DNA of 64,000 nt, from positions 37,900 to 101,899 of the forward strand of contig DASWLZ010000037.1 of assembly GCA_036399975.1 (NCBI GenBank), given 5' to 3'. The translations under genes were made by a program, and so were the position numbers. The notes under the pieces were generated by a model that was not told the DNA's origin, made no database searches, and was given only the letters and a program-made list of their open reading frames with translations. This stretch comes from Allosphingosinicella sp. GTDB lineage: Bacteria > Pseudomonadota > Alphaproteobacteria > Sphingomonadales > Sphingomonadaceae. This document shows positions 8,672 to 16,778 of this stretch, one piece after another; the first letter of the stretch is position 1, and each line of letters opens with the position of its first letter.

Positions 8672-9735
8672 ACGAGCATGTTCGAAATCTCCGGGCCGGG
8701 CCTGCCGAGACCGTGCCTCCTGCTCCCCTCGAGCCGGACCTGGCGAACTTCCGCAATCTTCTTCGCAGGCGGGTCTCCGCTTACTTCGTCGGCCGTCCGG
8801 GAGGAGCCAAGGGCGACCGGAGGATGTGGGCCAAGCTCGCCCTCGCTTTGAGCGCTTATGGCGCCGCTTTCGGCCTGCTTCTGCATTACCGGGGGCCGGT
8901 GGCGGGCTTCCTGGCGCTCTATGCGCTGTTCGGGCTCGCCCAGGCCTATGTCCTGCTCAACGTCGGGCATGATGCCTCGCACGACGCGATCACCAACAGC
9001 CGCTCCGCCAACCGGATGCTGCGCGCCTCCCTCGACATGTGCGGGATCGATTCACGGCTTTTCGCAGTGAGCCATGTCGAGCTTCACCATGCCTTCGTCA
9101 ACGTCGGCCGCGAGGACGAGGCCCTCCGCGCCCGGGGGATATTGCGGCTCTCGCCCCACATGCCCCGGGCGAGATGGGGCCGGGTGCAGCATTGGCTCGT
9201 GTGGCCGGCTTATGCGCTGGGCTCGCTCGACTTCATCTTCCTTCGCGACTGGGAGATGCTCTCGCGGCAGCCCGGGGCGCTTCGTCATCTCGTGATCGGC
9301 AAGGCCGTCTATCTGGGCGTGACCGTCGGCCTGCCGCTCTGGCTGACTCCCTACGGGTTTCTGCCCGTGCTCGCCGGCTGGCTCATTTCGCACCTGATCA
9401 TGGGTCTCACGGTGATGCTGATGCTCCAGATCACCCATCTCGTCGACGGCTCCCAATTCCCGGCGGAGCTGAAGGGTTCGGCGCTCGACCCCCGCCATGT
9501 CATGGCGACGACGACGGACGTGGCGACGGAAAGCCGCCTTCTCGGTTTTGCCGCGGGCGGCCTGCATCAGCATGTGGCGCATCATTTGTATCCGGGGATG
9601 AGCCACGTCCATTATCTCGCGATCACTCGGATCATTGCCCGGACCGCGAAGGAATGCGGTCTGACATATCGCTCCCACCCGCGGTTTATCGACGCGGTGT
9701 CGGCGCATTTACGGCATTTGCGCAACTTAGGATAA
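8668..9735 (+). CDS. Membrane fatty acid desaturase, copy 1
   Basis: His boxes HDASH, HVELHH and HQHVAHH; transmembrane segments; GTG start after GGGAG. Confidence 0.88.
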   Translation: MNEHVRNLRAGPAETVPPAPLEPDLANFRNLLRRRVSAYFVGRPGGAKGDRRMWAKLALALSAYGAAFGLLLHYRGPVAGFLALYALFGLAQAYVLLNVGHDASHDAITNSRSANRMLRASLDMCGIDSRLFAVSHVELHHAFVNVGREDEALRARGILRLSPHMPRARWGRVQHWLVWPAYALGSLDFIFLRDWEMLSRQPGALRHLVIGKAVYLGVTVGLPLWLTPYGFLPVLAGWLISHLIMGLTVMLMLQITHLVDGSQFPAELKGSALDPRHVMATTTDVATESRLLGFAAGGLHQHVAHHLYPGMSHVHYLAITRIIARTAKECGLTYRSHPRFIDAVSAHLRHLRNLG

Positions 9736-9881
9736 GGTCGGAGCGACCCGCAAAGTGTAGCCAAGTACCGGTGGCAAATTGCGATCCTCCTGGACTCGCT
9801 TCTATTTGCCGAACCGAGTCCACACTTTCCGGATTACCGGTCCTGTCGTTTGCTCGATTCCCGCGCCGAGCTGGTGGCGCC

Positions 9882-9910
9882 TTGCTCGATTTGGCCGCGA
9901 CTGGTATCAC
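9882..9910 (+). promoter_or_regulatory. Putative sigma70 promoter of desaturase copy 2 (probably leaderless)
   Basis: TTGCTC-17 nt-TATCAC with ATG 6 nt downstream and no SD sequence. Confidence 0.55.
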
Positions 9911-9916
9911 AATTCG

Positions 9917-10993
9917 ATGTCGACGCAGCCATCAGCCCATGCGCAATTCCCGCTGGTCGGCGAAGCCGAGGCTGCGCGCACTTCGATCGAGCCGAACCTG
10001 CGGAATTTCCGTCAACTCCTGCGCAAGCGCGTCTCCGCCTACCTTGCCGGGCGGCCGGGCGGCGCCAGGGGCGATACCAGAATGTGGGCGAAGCTCATCG
10101 TCGGGCTGATCGCCTATTGCGCCGCCCTCGCAGCTTTGTTGCTCCACCGCGGATCTGCCGAGGGCTTCCTGTTGCTCTTCGCCCTGTTCGGAGCGGCTCA
10201 AACCTACCTCCTGCTCAACGTGGGGCACGATGCGTCGCACGATGCGATCACCAACAGCCGGTCTGCGAACCGGGTGCTGCGTGCTTCGATCGACATCTGC
10301 GGGATCAGTTCGCGGCTTTTCACCAAGATGCACGTCGATCTGCACCACGGCTTCGTCAACGTCGGGCGAGACGATTTTGGGCTCCATGCCCGGGGCCTGT
10401 TGCGGCTCTCGCCCCATATGCCCCGGCCATGGTGGGGGCGCGTGCAGCACGTGATCGTCTGGCCTGTCTATGCGCTCGCCTCGCTGGACTTCATTTTCCT
10501 GCGCGATTGGCAATCGCTCTCGCTGGTTCCCGGCGCGCTCCGTCATCTCGTCGTCGGAAAGGCTTTCTATTTCGCAGTCACGATCGGTCTGCCGCTCTTG
10601 CTCACGCCGCATGGGATCTGGCTGGTGCTGGCGGGCTGGCTGGTGTCGCAGCTGGTCATCGGCCTGCTCGTCATGCTGATGCTCCAGATCACCCATCTGG
10701 TCGAGGGCACGCACTTCCCGGCCGAGCTGGACGGGTCGGCGAGCGACCCCGGTCACGTCCTGGCGACGACGACCGACGTCGCGACCGGCAGCCGATTTCT
10801 CGCGCTGACGGCAGGCGGGCTTCATCAGCATGTCGCGCACCATCTGTATCCGGGAATGAGCCACGTCCATTATCCGGAGGTCACCCGGATCATCGCGCAG
10901 ACCGCGCAGGAATGCGGTCTGACATATCGCTCCCACCCACGGTTTATCGACGCCGTGTCGTCGCATGTACGGCATTTGCGCAAATTGGGATAA
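9917..10993 (+). CDS. Membrane fatty acid desaturase, copy 2
   Basis: His boxes HDASH, HVDLHH and HQHVAHH; close paralogue of 8668-9735. Confidence 0.88.
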   Translation: MSTQPSAHAQFPLVGEAEAARTSIEPNLRNFRQLLRKRVSAYLAGRPGGARGDTRMWAKLIVGLIAYCAALAALLLHRGSAEGFLLLFALFGAAQTYLLLNVGHDASHDAITNSRSANRVLRASIDICGISSRLFTKMHVDLHHGFVNVGRDDFGLHARGLLRLSPHMPRPWWGRVQHVIVWPVYALASLDFIFLRDWQSLSLVPGALRHLVVGKAFYFAVTIGLPLLLTPHGIWLVLAGWLVSQLVIGLLVMLMLQITHLVEGTHFPAELDGSASDPGHVLATTTDVATGSRFLALTAGGLHQHVAHHLYPGMSHVHYPEVTRIIAQTAQECGLTYRSHPRFIDAVSSHVRHLRKLG

Positions 10994-11130
10994 GCTTGCC
11001 TCGAGCCGGCGCCGGCCCCGTCCTTGTCTCGCGCGCTAGTCGCCGTCATGATGATTGTTGAATTCGCGGCTTGGACTAGCCGGCTGTCGGCCTCTACGGT
11101 TCCGCGTGGGCGAGGGGCGGGTTGGATTGC

Positions 11131-12441
11131 ATGGCGGCCGGGATATCAAGGCGAATTATTACCGTAATTCGCGGAATGGCGGAGATGGCTCGAGTGCTCG
11201 CGATCGCGGCGGTCGTGACGGTCCGGCACATCGGCCGCGGCAGCGCCGGCGCGGATCGCGACGCGCGCCGCGGGGCCTTCGTCTTCGCCCTCCTCCGGGC
11301 GCTCGGGCCCATCTATATCAAGCTGGCGCAGCTACTCGCGGCGCAGTCCGGCTGCATCTCCAGCGGCTTTCGAGCCGAGCTTCAGGGCGCCTACGACCGC
11401 AACGAGGCGGTGCCGTTCCCGGAAGTCCGGCGCGAGCTGGAAAAGGCCTACGCGCGTCCGATCGAGGAGATGTTCGAGCGTTTCGACCCCGAGCCGGTCG
11501 GCAGCGGCTCGGTGGCTCAGGTCCACCGCGCAAGATTGCGAAGCGGCGGCATGGTCGCGGTCAAGCTCATCAAGCCCGGCGCGGCCGGGAGCATCGAATC
11601 CGCGCTGACCGCGGTGGCGATCCTGATCACGCTCGCCGACCGGCTGGTTCCGTCGTTGCGCCCGCTGCGGCTCGGGGAGAATTTTGCCGACGTTCGCGAC
11701 GCCCTGGTCAGCCAGACCGACCTCGCGGCCGAGCGGCGCAATCAGGAGGCGATGGCCGGCCGGCTGGTCGGCGACCCGTTCCTGGTGGTGCCTCGAGTGC
11801 ATGCCGAGGCTTGCACGGAGGGAGTCATCGTCATGGACTTCATCGAGGGCGTCCCCCTCTACGACGACGCCCGGATCCACGGCGACCGCGCCGTGCTTGC
11901 GGAGCGGATGCAGCATTCCTTCTACAGGATGGTCTTTCTTCATGGCCATTTCCATGTCGACCCTCACCCCGGGAACATGCTGCTGATGGAAGACGGCCGC
12001 CTGGCCCTGATCGATTTCGGCATGGTCGCCGAGATGAACGAGGCGGACCGCTTCGCGATGAGCGTCTTCAATTATTACGTCGTCAACGGGCTGTGGGGCG
12101 AGGCCGTCGAGCATTTCCTGAAGCTCTTCGTGGATTCGCCGCCGCCGGTGAATGAAGAGGACGCGCTGTGGAAAGAGATAAGCGTCGTGCTGCTGCGCAA
12201 TTTCGGCGGAGGGGGCAATCGCTGGTCGACGGCCGCCTTCTTGACCGACGCCGCCGAGGTGCTGCGCAGCCACGGCTTGCGCCTGCGGGTCGGCATGTCC
12301 CTCCTGGCGCTCAGCCTCGCGACCGCCGAAGGCATATTGCACGACATCCACAAAGATATCGACTTCTGGCAAAATGCCCGGCGCTTCGTCGCGGCGACCG
12401 CCGGCGCATCGCCGGCCGAGGTTGAAGCAGCTTCCCGGTGA
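11131..12441 (+). CDS. ABC1/UbiB (AarF) family atypical kinase
   Basis: YIKLAQ (KxGQ variant), GSGSVAQVH, VAVK, HVDPHPGN, IDFGM; start uncertain (11122, 11131 or 11176). Confidence 0.85.
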   Translation: MAAGISRRIITVIRGMAEMARVLAIAAVVTVRHIGRGSAGADRDARRGAFVFALLRALGPIYIKLAQLLAAQSGCISSGFRAELQGAYDRNEAVPFPEVRRELEKAYARPIEEMFERFDPEPVGSGSVAQVHRARLRSGGMVAVKLIKPGAAGSIESALTAVAILITLADRLVPSLRPLRLGENFADVRDALVSQTDLAAERRNQEAMAGRLVGDPFLVVPRVHAEACTEGVIVMDFIEGVPLYDDARIHGDRAVLAERMQHSFYRMVFLHGHFHVDPHPGNMLLMEDGRLALIDFGMVAEMNEADRFAMSVFNYYVVNGLWGEAVEHFLKLFVDSPPPVNEEDALWKEISVVLLRNFGGGGNRWSTAAFLTDAAEVLRSHGLRLRVGMSLLALSLATAEGILHDIHKDIDFWQNARRFVAATAGASPAEVEAASR

Positions 12442-12449
12442 AGGCCGGG

Positions 12450-12467
12450 GGCAAGGACACCCTTGCC
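12450..12467. terminator. Hairpin between convergent genes
   Basis: GGCAAGG-ACAC-CCTTGCC; no U-tract. Confidence 0.3.
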
Positions 12468-12480
12468 GGGCGGAAATCGA

Positions 12481-14037
12481 TCATTTCTCCCCCGTCAGCG
12501 CCCGGATCAGCCGCGCCATGTTGGCGATATAGGCCGAGGTCGAGATTCCCGTCACCGGCCTGTCGGTGGTGAAGGGCGAGGTGTCGCTGGGGTCGCCGAC
12601 ATGGGTGGTGCGATAGTCGCCCGCCGGCGGCGTGGCCGGGCCGGGGCCGATATAGGGATTGCTGGTCGCGACCAGCGCCGTCGGCCACCAGCCCTGCCGG
12701 TTGAGCGAGCGGATGAGCTCGGCCGGGCTCGCGTCGCGCTCGCCCGCGTTGAGGTCGGATCCGGTGAGGCCGCCGCTGACGAAATAGCGCGGAAGCTCCG
12801 GCGGGTCGGGCGCGAGCAGAGGCGAGCTCTTCGCCACCTCGGCGGGCGAAGTGCTCAGAAGCGCCTCATATTGGCGCCGAAGCTTCGCGACGTCGACGTT
12901 CCTGAATGCGGAATAATGGCCGAGCGTCGCCTCGGGGCTGTAGTCCCAATAATATTCGCCGTTGACCACGTTGGAGCCGCGGCGGTGGACGTAGATCGGC
13001 CGGTTGGTGCCGATCTCCACGAAGGTCGGGAAGTTGCGGCCCTGGCGCGGCTCCGGCAGCCGCACCGAGTCCAGCCAGGCGAGCGCCTCGGGAATGCGGG
13101 CGAGGAAGCGGCGGTCGCCGGTCATCCGGTAGAAATTCATCAGCTGCTCGACGTTCGACGCGGTGGTGGCGGTATGGAGCGCGTTGGGTTCGTAGCTGCG
13201 CGCCGCCGCCGGCTTGAGGTCGAGCGTATATTGCAGCGCCCAGCCCGCCTGGGGAGCGCCCTGCTGGGTCAGCAGGTAGATGTTCATTCCGCGGTGAATG
13301 GCATCGAGGGCGCGCGTGTCGCCGAGATGCTGGTAGACCATCGTCAGGAACCTGACGTTCTCGGCGGCGACGTCGTCGTTGAAGGTGATGAAGCTCTGAT
13401 AGGCGGGATAGTTCGGGTCGAAGGGCCAGCGCTGCGGCCAGCCGCCGCTGGGATACTGGCTCTCGAGGACGAAGCCGACCGCCCGCTCGAGCGCCGGCCG
13501 GTATTTCGGATCCTGCTTCTCGAGATAGAGGCGAAGCAGGAACTGGGCGCTTTCCGACGTTCCCATGTCGTCGAAGGTGGAATTGTCGGCATGGTGCTGG
13601 AATTCCTCCATCCGCCACGCATTCCTGCCGATCGTCTCGTACCAATGCTTCGTCGACGACGGCCCGGCGAAATCGATGAAATAATTCCAGCCGCCGCTCC
13701 GGTGCTGGCCCCGGATCAGGGCGCCGCCGACCTTCTCGGCGGCTTGGTAATAATATTCGTCGCCGGTGGCGTGATACGCGTCGAGGAAGAGGTGGCCCAT
13801 CGTCGCCGTCCCAGGCGGCTGGACCCAGATCATGGACGGCTTGGCCTCGATCTCCCCCCAGCGGCGCGACATGTCGGGAAGGTAGGACCAGACGTAGCCG
13901 CCGCGGATCGAGACCTTCTCGACCATGAAGGTGGTGGCCCGCTTCATCGTCCGCTCGATCTCGGCGCGGCTCTGCCCCGCCGCCGGGGCGGCGAGACCGA
14001 CGAAGAGCAGCAAAACGGCGATCAGTCTCGTCATCAC
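12481..14037 (-). CDS. Pectate lyase, PL10 family, secreted
   Basis: Signal peptide; STFDD, GGWPQ, ITFNDD, W..QY...L.PA.AR.YEP. Confidence 0.85.
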   Translation of the reverse strand: MMTRLIAVLLLFVGLAAPAAGQSRAEIERTMKRATTFMVEKVSIRGGYVWSYLPDMSRRWGEIEAKPSMIWVQPPGTATMGHLFLDAYHATGDEYYYQAAEKVGGALIRGQHRSGGWNYFIDFAGPSSTKHWYETIGRNAWRMEEFQHHADNSTFDDMGTSESAQFLLRLYLEKQDPKYRPALERAVGFVLESQYPSGGWPQRWPFDPNYPAYQSFITFNDDVAAENVRFLTMVYQHLGDTRALDAIHRGMNIYLLTQQGAPQAGWALQYTLDLKPAAARSYEPNALHTATTASNVEQLMNFYRMTGDRRFLARIPEALAWLDSVRLPEPRQGRNFPTFVEIGTNRPIYVHRRGSNVVNGEYYWDYSPEATLGHYSAFRNVDVAKLRRQYEALLSTSPAEVAKSSPLLAPDPPELPRYFVSGGLTGSDLNAGERDASPAELIRSLNRQGWWPTALVATSNPYIGPGPATPPAGDYRTTHVGDPSDTSPFTTDRPVTGISTSAYIANMARLIRALTGEK

Positions 14038-15032
14038 TCGAACAATCCCTTCTTGCGGGCCCAGGCGAAGAACAGCTCCTGCCAGCCCTCCACAGTCTTC
14101 CCTTTGGCGAGGCGGAGGCCGAAGCCGTGGCCGCCGTCGGCGAACAAATGGGTCTCGACCGGCACCTTCCTCGCCAGCAGCGCCGCCCTGAGCAGCAACG
14201 TGTTCTCGACCACCACGGAGGCATCGTCCTCGGCATGGAGGAGGAAAGCGGGCGGAGCGTCGGCCGGAACGTTGAGATGCGGCGAATGGGCCCGCTCGCG
14301 CTCCGGCGAGGCATTCTCGCCGACGAGGTTGCGGCGCGAGCCGGCATGGGCGACCGGCAAGGTCATCGACACGACCGGATAGATGGGCGCGGCAAGGTCG
14401 GGGCGGGCGGAATAGCGGTCCGCGGAGTCGACCGGCGCGTAGACCTTCGAGCCGAAGCGGGTCATCAGATCGGCGCAGAGGTGGCCGCCGGCCGAGAAGC
14501 CCATGGCGCAGACTCGCCGCGGATCGAGCCTGTAGAGGGACGCGCGGTGGCGGATGAGACGCATCGCGCGCTGGGCGTCCGCGAGCGGCGTGTCCGGCCC
14601 GCTCGCCCAGCCCTCGTGGGGGAGGCGGTAGAAGAGGACGAAGGCGGTGATCCCGCGGGCGGCGAGGAGCCTCGCCATCTCATAGCCTTCTTTGTCGATC
14701 ACCACCCAATTGTAGCCGCCGCCGGGCGTGATCAGGACCGCCGCGCCGTTCGGGCGGGCCGGGCGGAAGACGGCCATCCGCGGCCGGCCGATCCCAAAGA
14801 CGTAGCGGTCATTGTAAGCGCGATCCTTGCTTCGCTCCTTGACTGTCTCGGCCGGAAGTTTCGCCGGGGCGCCGGGCGCACCCTTCGGCCACAGGTCGAT
14901 CGTCTCGGTCGGCTCCGGCGAGGCGATGTGCGGCGAGTCCGGCGTGGCCGGGGGCCTGGTCTGCGCCGAGGCGCGCCCGGCGAGGCCGAGGGCGAGCGTG
15001 CCCAGCAGCGCGGTGCGGCGGTCGATCCTCAT
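14034..15032 (-). CDS. Alpha/beta hydrolase, probable pectin acetylesterase (PaeX/BD-FAE-like)
   Basis: Twin-arginine signal (DRRTAL), PGGGY, GFSAGGH nucleophile, DD...H triad; ATGA coupling. Confidence 0.75.
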   Translation of the reverse strand: MRIDRRTALLGTLALGLAGRASAQTRPPATPDSPHIASPEPTETIDLWPKGAPGAPAKLPAETVKERSKDRAYNDRYVFGIGRPRMAVFRPARPNGAAVLITPGGGYNWVVIDKEGYEMARLLAARGITAFVLFYRLPHEGWASGPDTPLADAQRAMRLIRHRASLYRLDPRRVCAMGFSAGGHLCADLMTRFGSKVYAPVDSADRYSARPDLAAPIYPVVSMTLPVAHAGSRRNLVGENASPERERAHSPHLNVPADAPPAFLLHAEDDASVVVENTLLLRAALLARKVPVETHLFADGGHGFGLRLAKGKTVEGWQELFFAWARKKGLFE

Positions 15033-16777
15033 GGCAGCGCCCGATAGGTGAAATTGGAGAAGCGCGCCTCCCCCTGCCCCGCCGAGTAAAGGCCGGGCCG
15101 CAGCATGTGGAAGCCGCCGCGGACATTGTGATGGTAGCCCGACACCTCCATGCCGCGGTCGAACCGGCGCCACGTCCGGCCGCCGTCGCCGCTCGTGTCG
15201 TAGGTGACGATATGGCGGTCGTTGGTCACCCTGATCCGCATCTTGCGGCCGTGCGGGTTGGCCGGCCGGCCTCGCTCGATTCCATATTGGTGGGTGACGA
15301 AGCGCCTCTCGTCGAAGCCGAGTCCGGCGTAGAGGCGGTCGTCGTAGAAGAGGATGAGACCGGCCACTCCGCCCTGATCGATCTCCACGTCGGCCTCGAA
15401 CCGGTAGGCCTGGTCGCCGGCGATGAGGAGCAAAGGCGAGGAATCGGACGGGGCCTTGCCGCGGGCCTTCAGCACCAGCCGGTTGCTCTCCACCCTGGCG
15501 CGCGAGCGCTCGTCCGGCGCGGGCTTGAAGAAATTCCACTTGCTGCCGAGCGTGAGGGTGGAGAAATCGTCCGAGAGGGGCTGGCCGTGCGGGACGGCCC
15601 GGCCGCCCATCGGCTTGGGAAGCGGCTTCGACAGGTCGCCACCGGCCATCCTGAACCAGCCGTCGGCGGTCCACTCCACCCGGTCGAGCAGGGCCTGGCG
15701 ACCGAGCGTCCAATAGCCGTTCTCATAGCCGTGATAGACCGCCCACCAGTCGCCCGCCGGGCCTTCGACCAGGGTGGCATGGCCGCGCGACCACCAGCGC
15801 TCGCGCACGTCGGCGGTGCGCACCAGCGGGTTGCCCGGGTGGTTTTCCCAGGGGCCATGGATCGAGCGGGAGCGAGCGGCGATCACCATGTGGCCGGTAG
15901 GCGGCCCGGCGGTGCCGCCGACCGCGGTGACCAGGTAGAAATAGTCCCCATGGCGCGTGATCTTCGGGCCCTCCGGTGAGAAGCCTTCAACGACCCAGTC
16001 GGGCGGATAGCGCCACGGGTCGTAGACATGCTCGGGCTCGCCGATCCGCGAGAGGCCATCGTCCGAGAGCCGGACCCGGTCGCCGCCCGACAGGAACAGC
16101 CAGCGCGAGCCGTCCTCGCCGACGGCATGGCCCGGATCGATATGGTTGGGGAGCTTCAGATCGATGGGGTCGCTCCACGGCCCCTCGATCCGGTCCGCCC
16201 AGATCACGTAGCTGGTGTTGGGCGAGGCCTTGACCGGCACGTAGAGGAAATAGCGGCCCTTGTGCCTGACGAGCTCCGGCGCCCAGACCGAGCCGATGTT
16301 GCGGGTGAGGGCGGCGGTGACCGGACGCCAGTTCACCAGGTCCCGGCTGTGCCAGATGACGAGGCCGGGGTAGGAATCGAAGGTCGAGAAAGTCATGTAA
16401 TAATCCGAGCCATCCTTCAGGATGGTCGGATCCGGATGGTCGCCGGCGACGATCGGGTTGAGGAAATTGCTTTCGCCGAGGTCGGCTTTGCGCTGCCCTT
16501 CGAACCCCGTGCCCCAGCCTGTCGTCCCAGCGCCGGATTGTTGTGCCAGCAGCGGCGCGGGCAGCATCGCCGCTGCAGCGCCGGTGAGGACTCCCTTAAT
16601 CGCGGTACGGCGGTCGAAGCCTTCAATTCCTCCCCGAGATTTCTCCGGGAGGGGGACCGCGCGTAGCGCGGTGGAGGGGTTCTTCGGAGTCAGCAAGGCC
16701 CCTCCACCACCCTTCGGGTGGCCCCCCTCCCCTGCAAACGCAGGGGAGGATTTGAGGGATCGACGCCGCCGGTACAA
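15029..16777 (-). CDS. Glycoside hydrolase family 43 (beta-xylosidase/arabinofuranosidase-like)
   Basis: DHPDPTI, WAP, IDP, PEGP, GHATLV; C-terminal beta-sandwich; start ambiguous because a repeat lies in the 5' region. Confidence 0.85.
   Translation of the reverse strand: MYRRRRSLKSSPAFAGEGGHPKGGGGALLTPKNPSTALRAVPLPEKSRGGIEGFDRRTAIKGVLTGAAAAMLPAPLLAQQSGAGTTGWGTGFEGQRKADLGESNFLNPIVAGDHPDPTILKDGSDYYMTFSTFDSYPGLVIWHSRDLVNWRPVTAALTRNIGSVWAPELVRHKGRYFLYVPVKASPNTSYVIWADRIEGPWSDPIDLKLPNHIDPGHAVGEDGSRWLFLSGGDRVRLSDDGLSRIGEPEHVYDPWRYPPDWVVEGFSPEGPKITRHGDYFYLVTAVGGTAGPPTGHMVIAARSRSIHGPWENHPGNPLVRTADVRERWWSRGHATLVEGPAGDWWAVYHGYENGYWTLGRQALLDRVEWTADGWFRMAGGDLSKPLPKPMGGRAVPHGQPLSDDFSTLTLGSKWNFFKPAPDERSRARVESNRLVLKARGKAPSDSSPLLLIAGDQAYRFEADVEIDQGGVAGLILFYDDRLYAGLGFDERRFVTHQYGIERGRPANPHGRKMRIRVTNDRHIVTYDTSGDGGRTWRRFDRGMEVSGYHHNVRGGFHMLRPGLYSAGQGEARFSNFTYRALP
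16625..16754 (-). repeat. CIR/REP-like palindromic element, family A copy 1
   Basis: CCTCCCC..GGGGAGG hairpins at both ends, CCCCTCCACC arms, central GAGTC; close to 24023-24151 and 35131-35261. Confidence 0.85.
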
Positions 16778-16778
16778 A

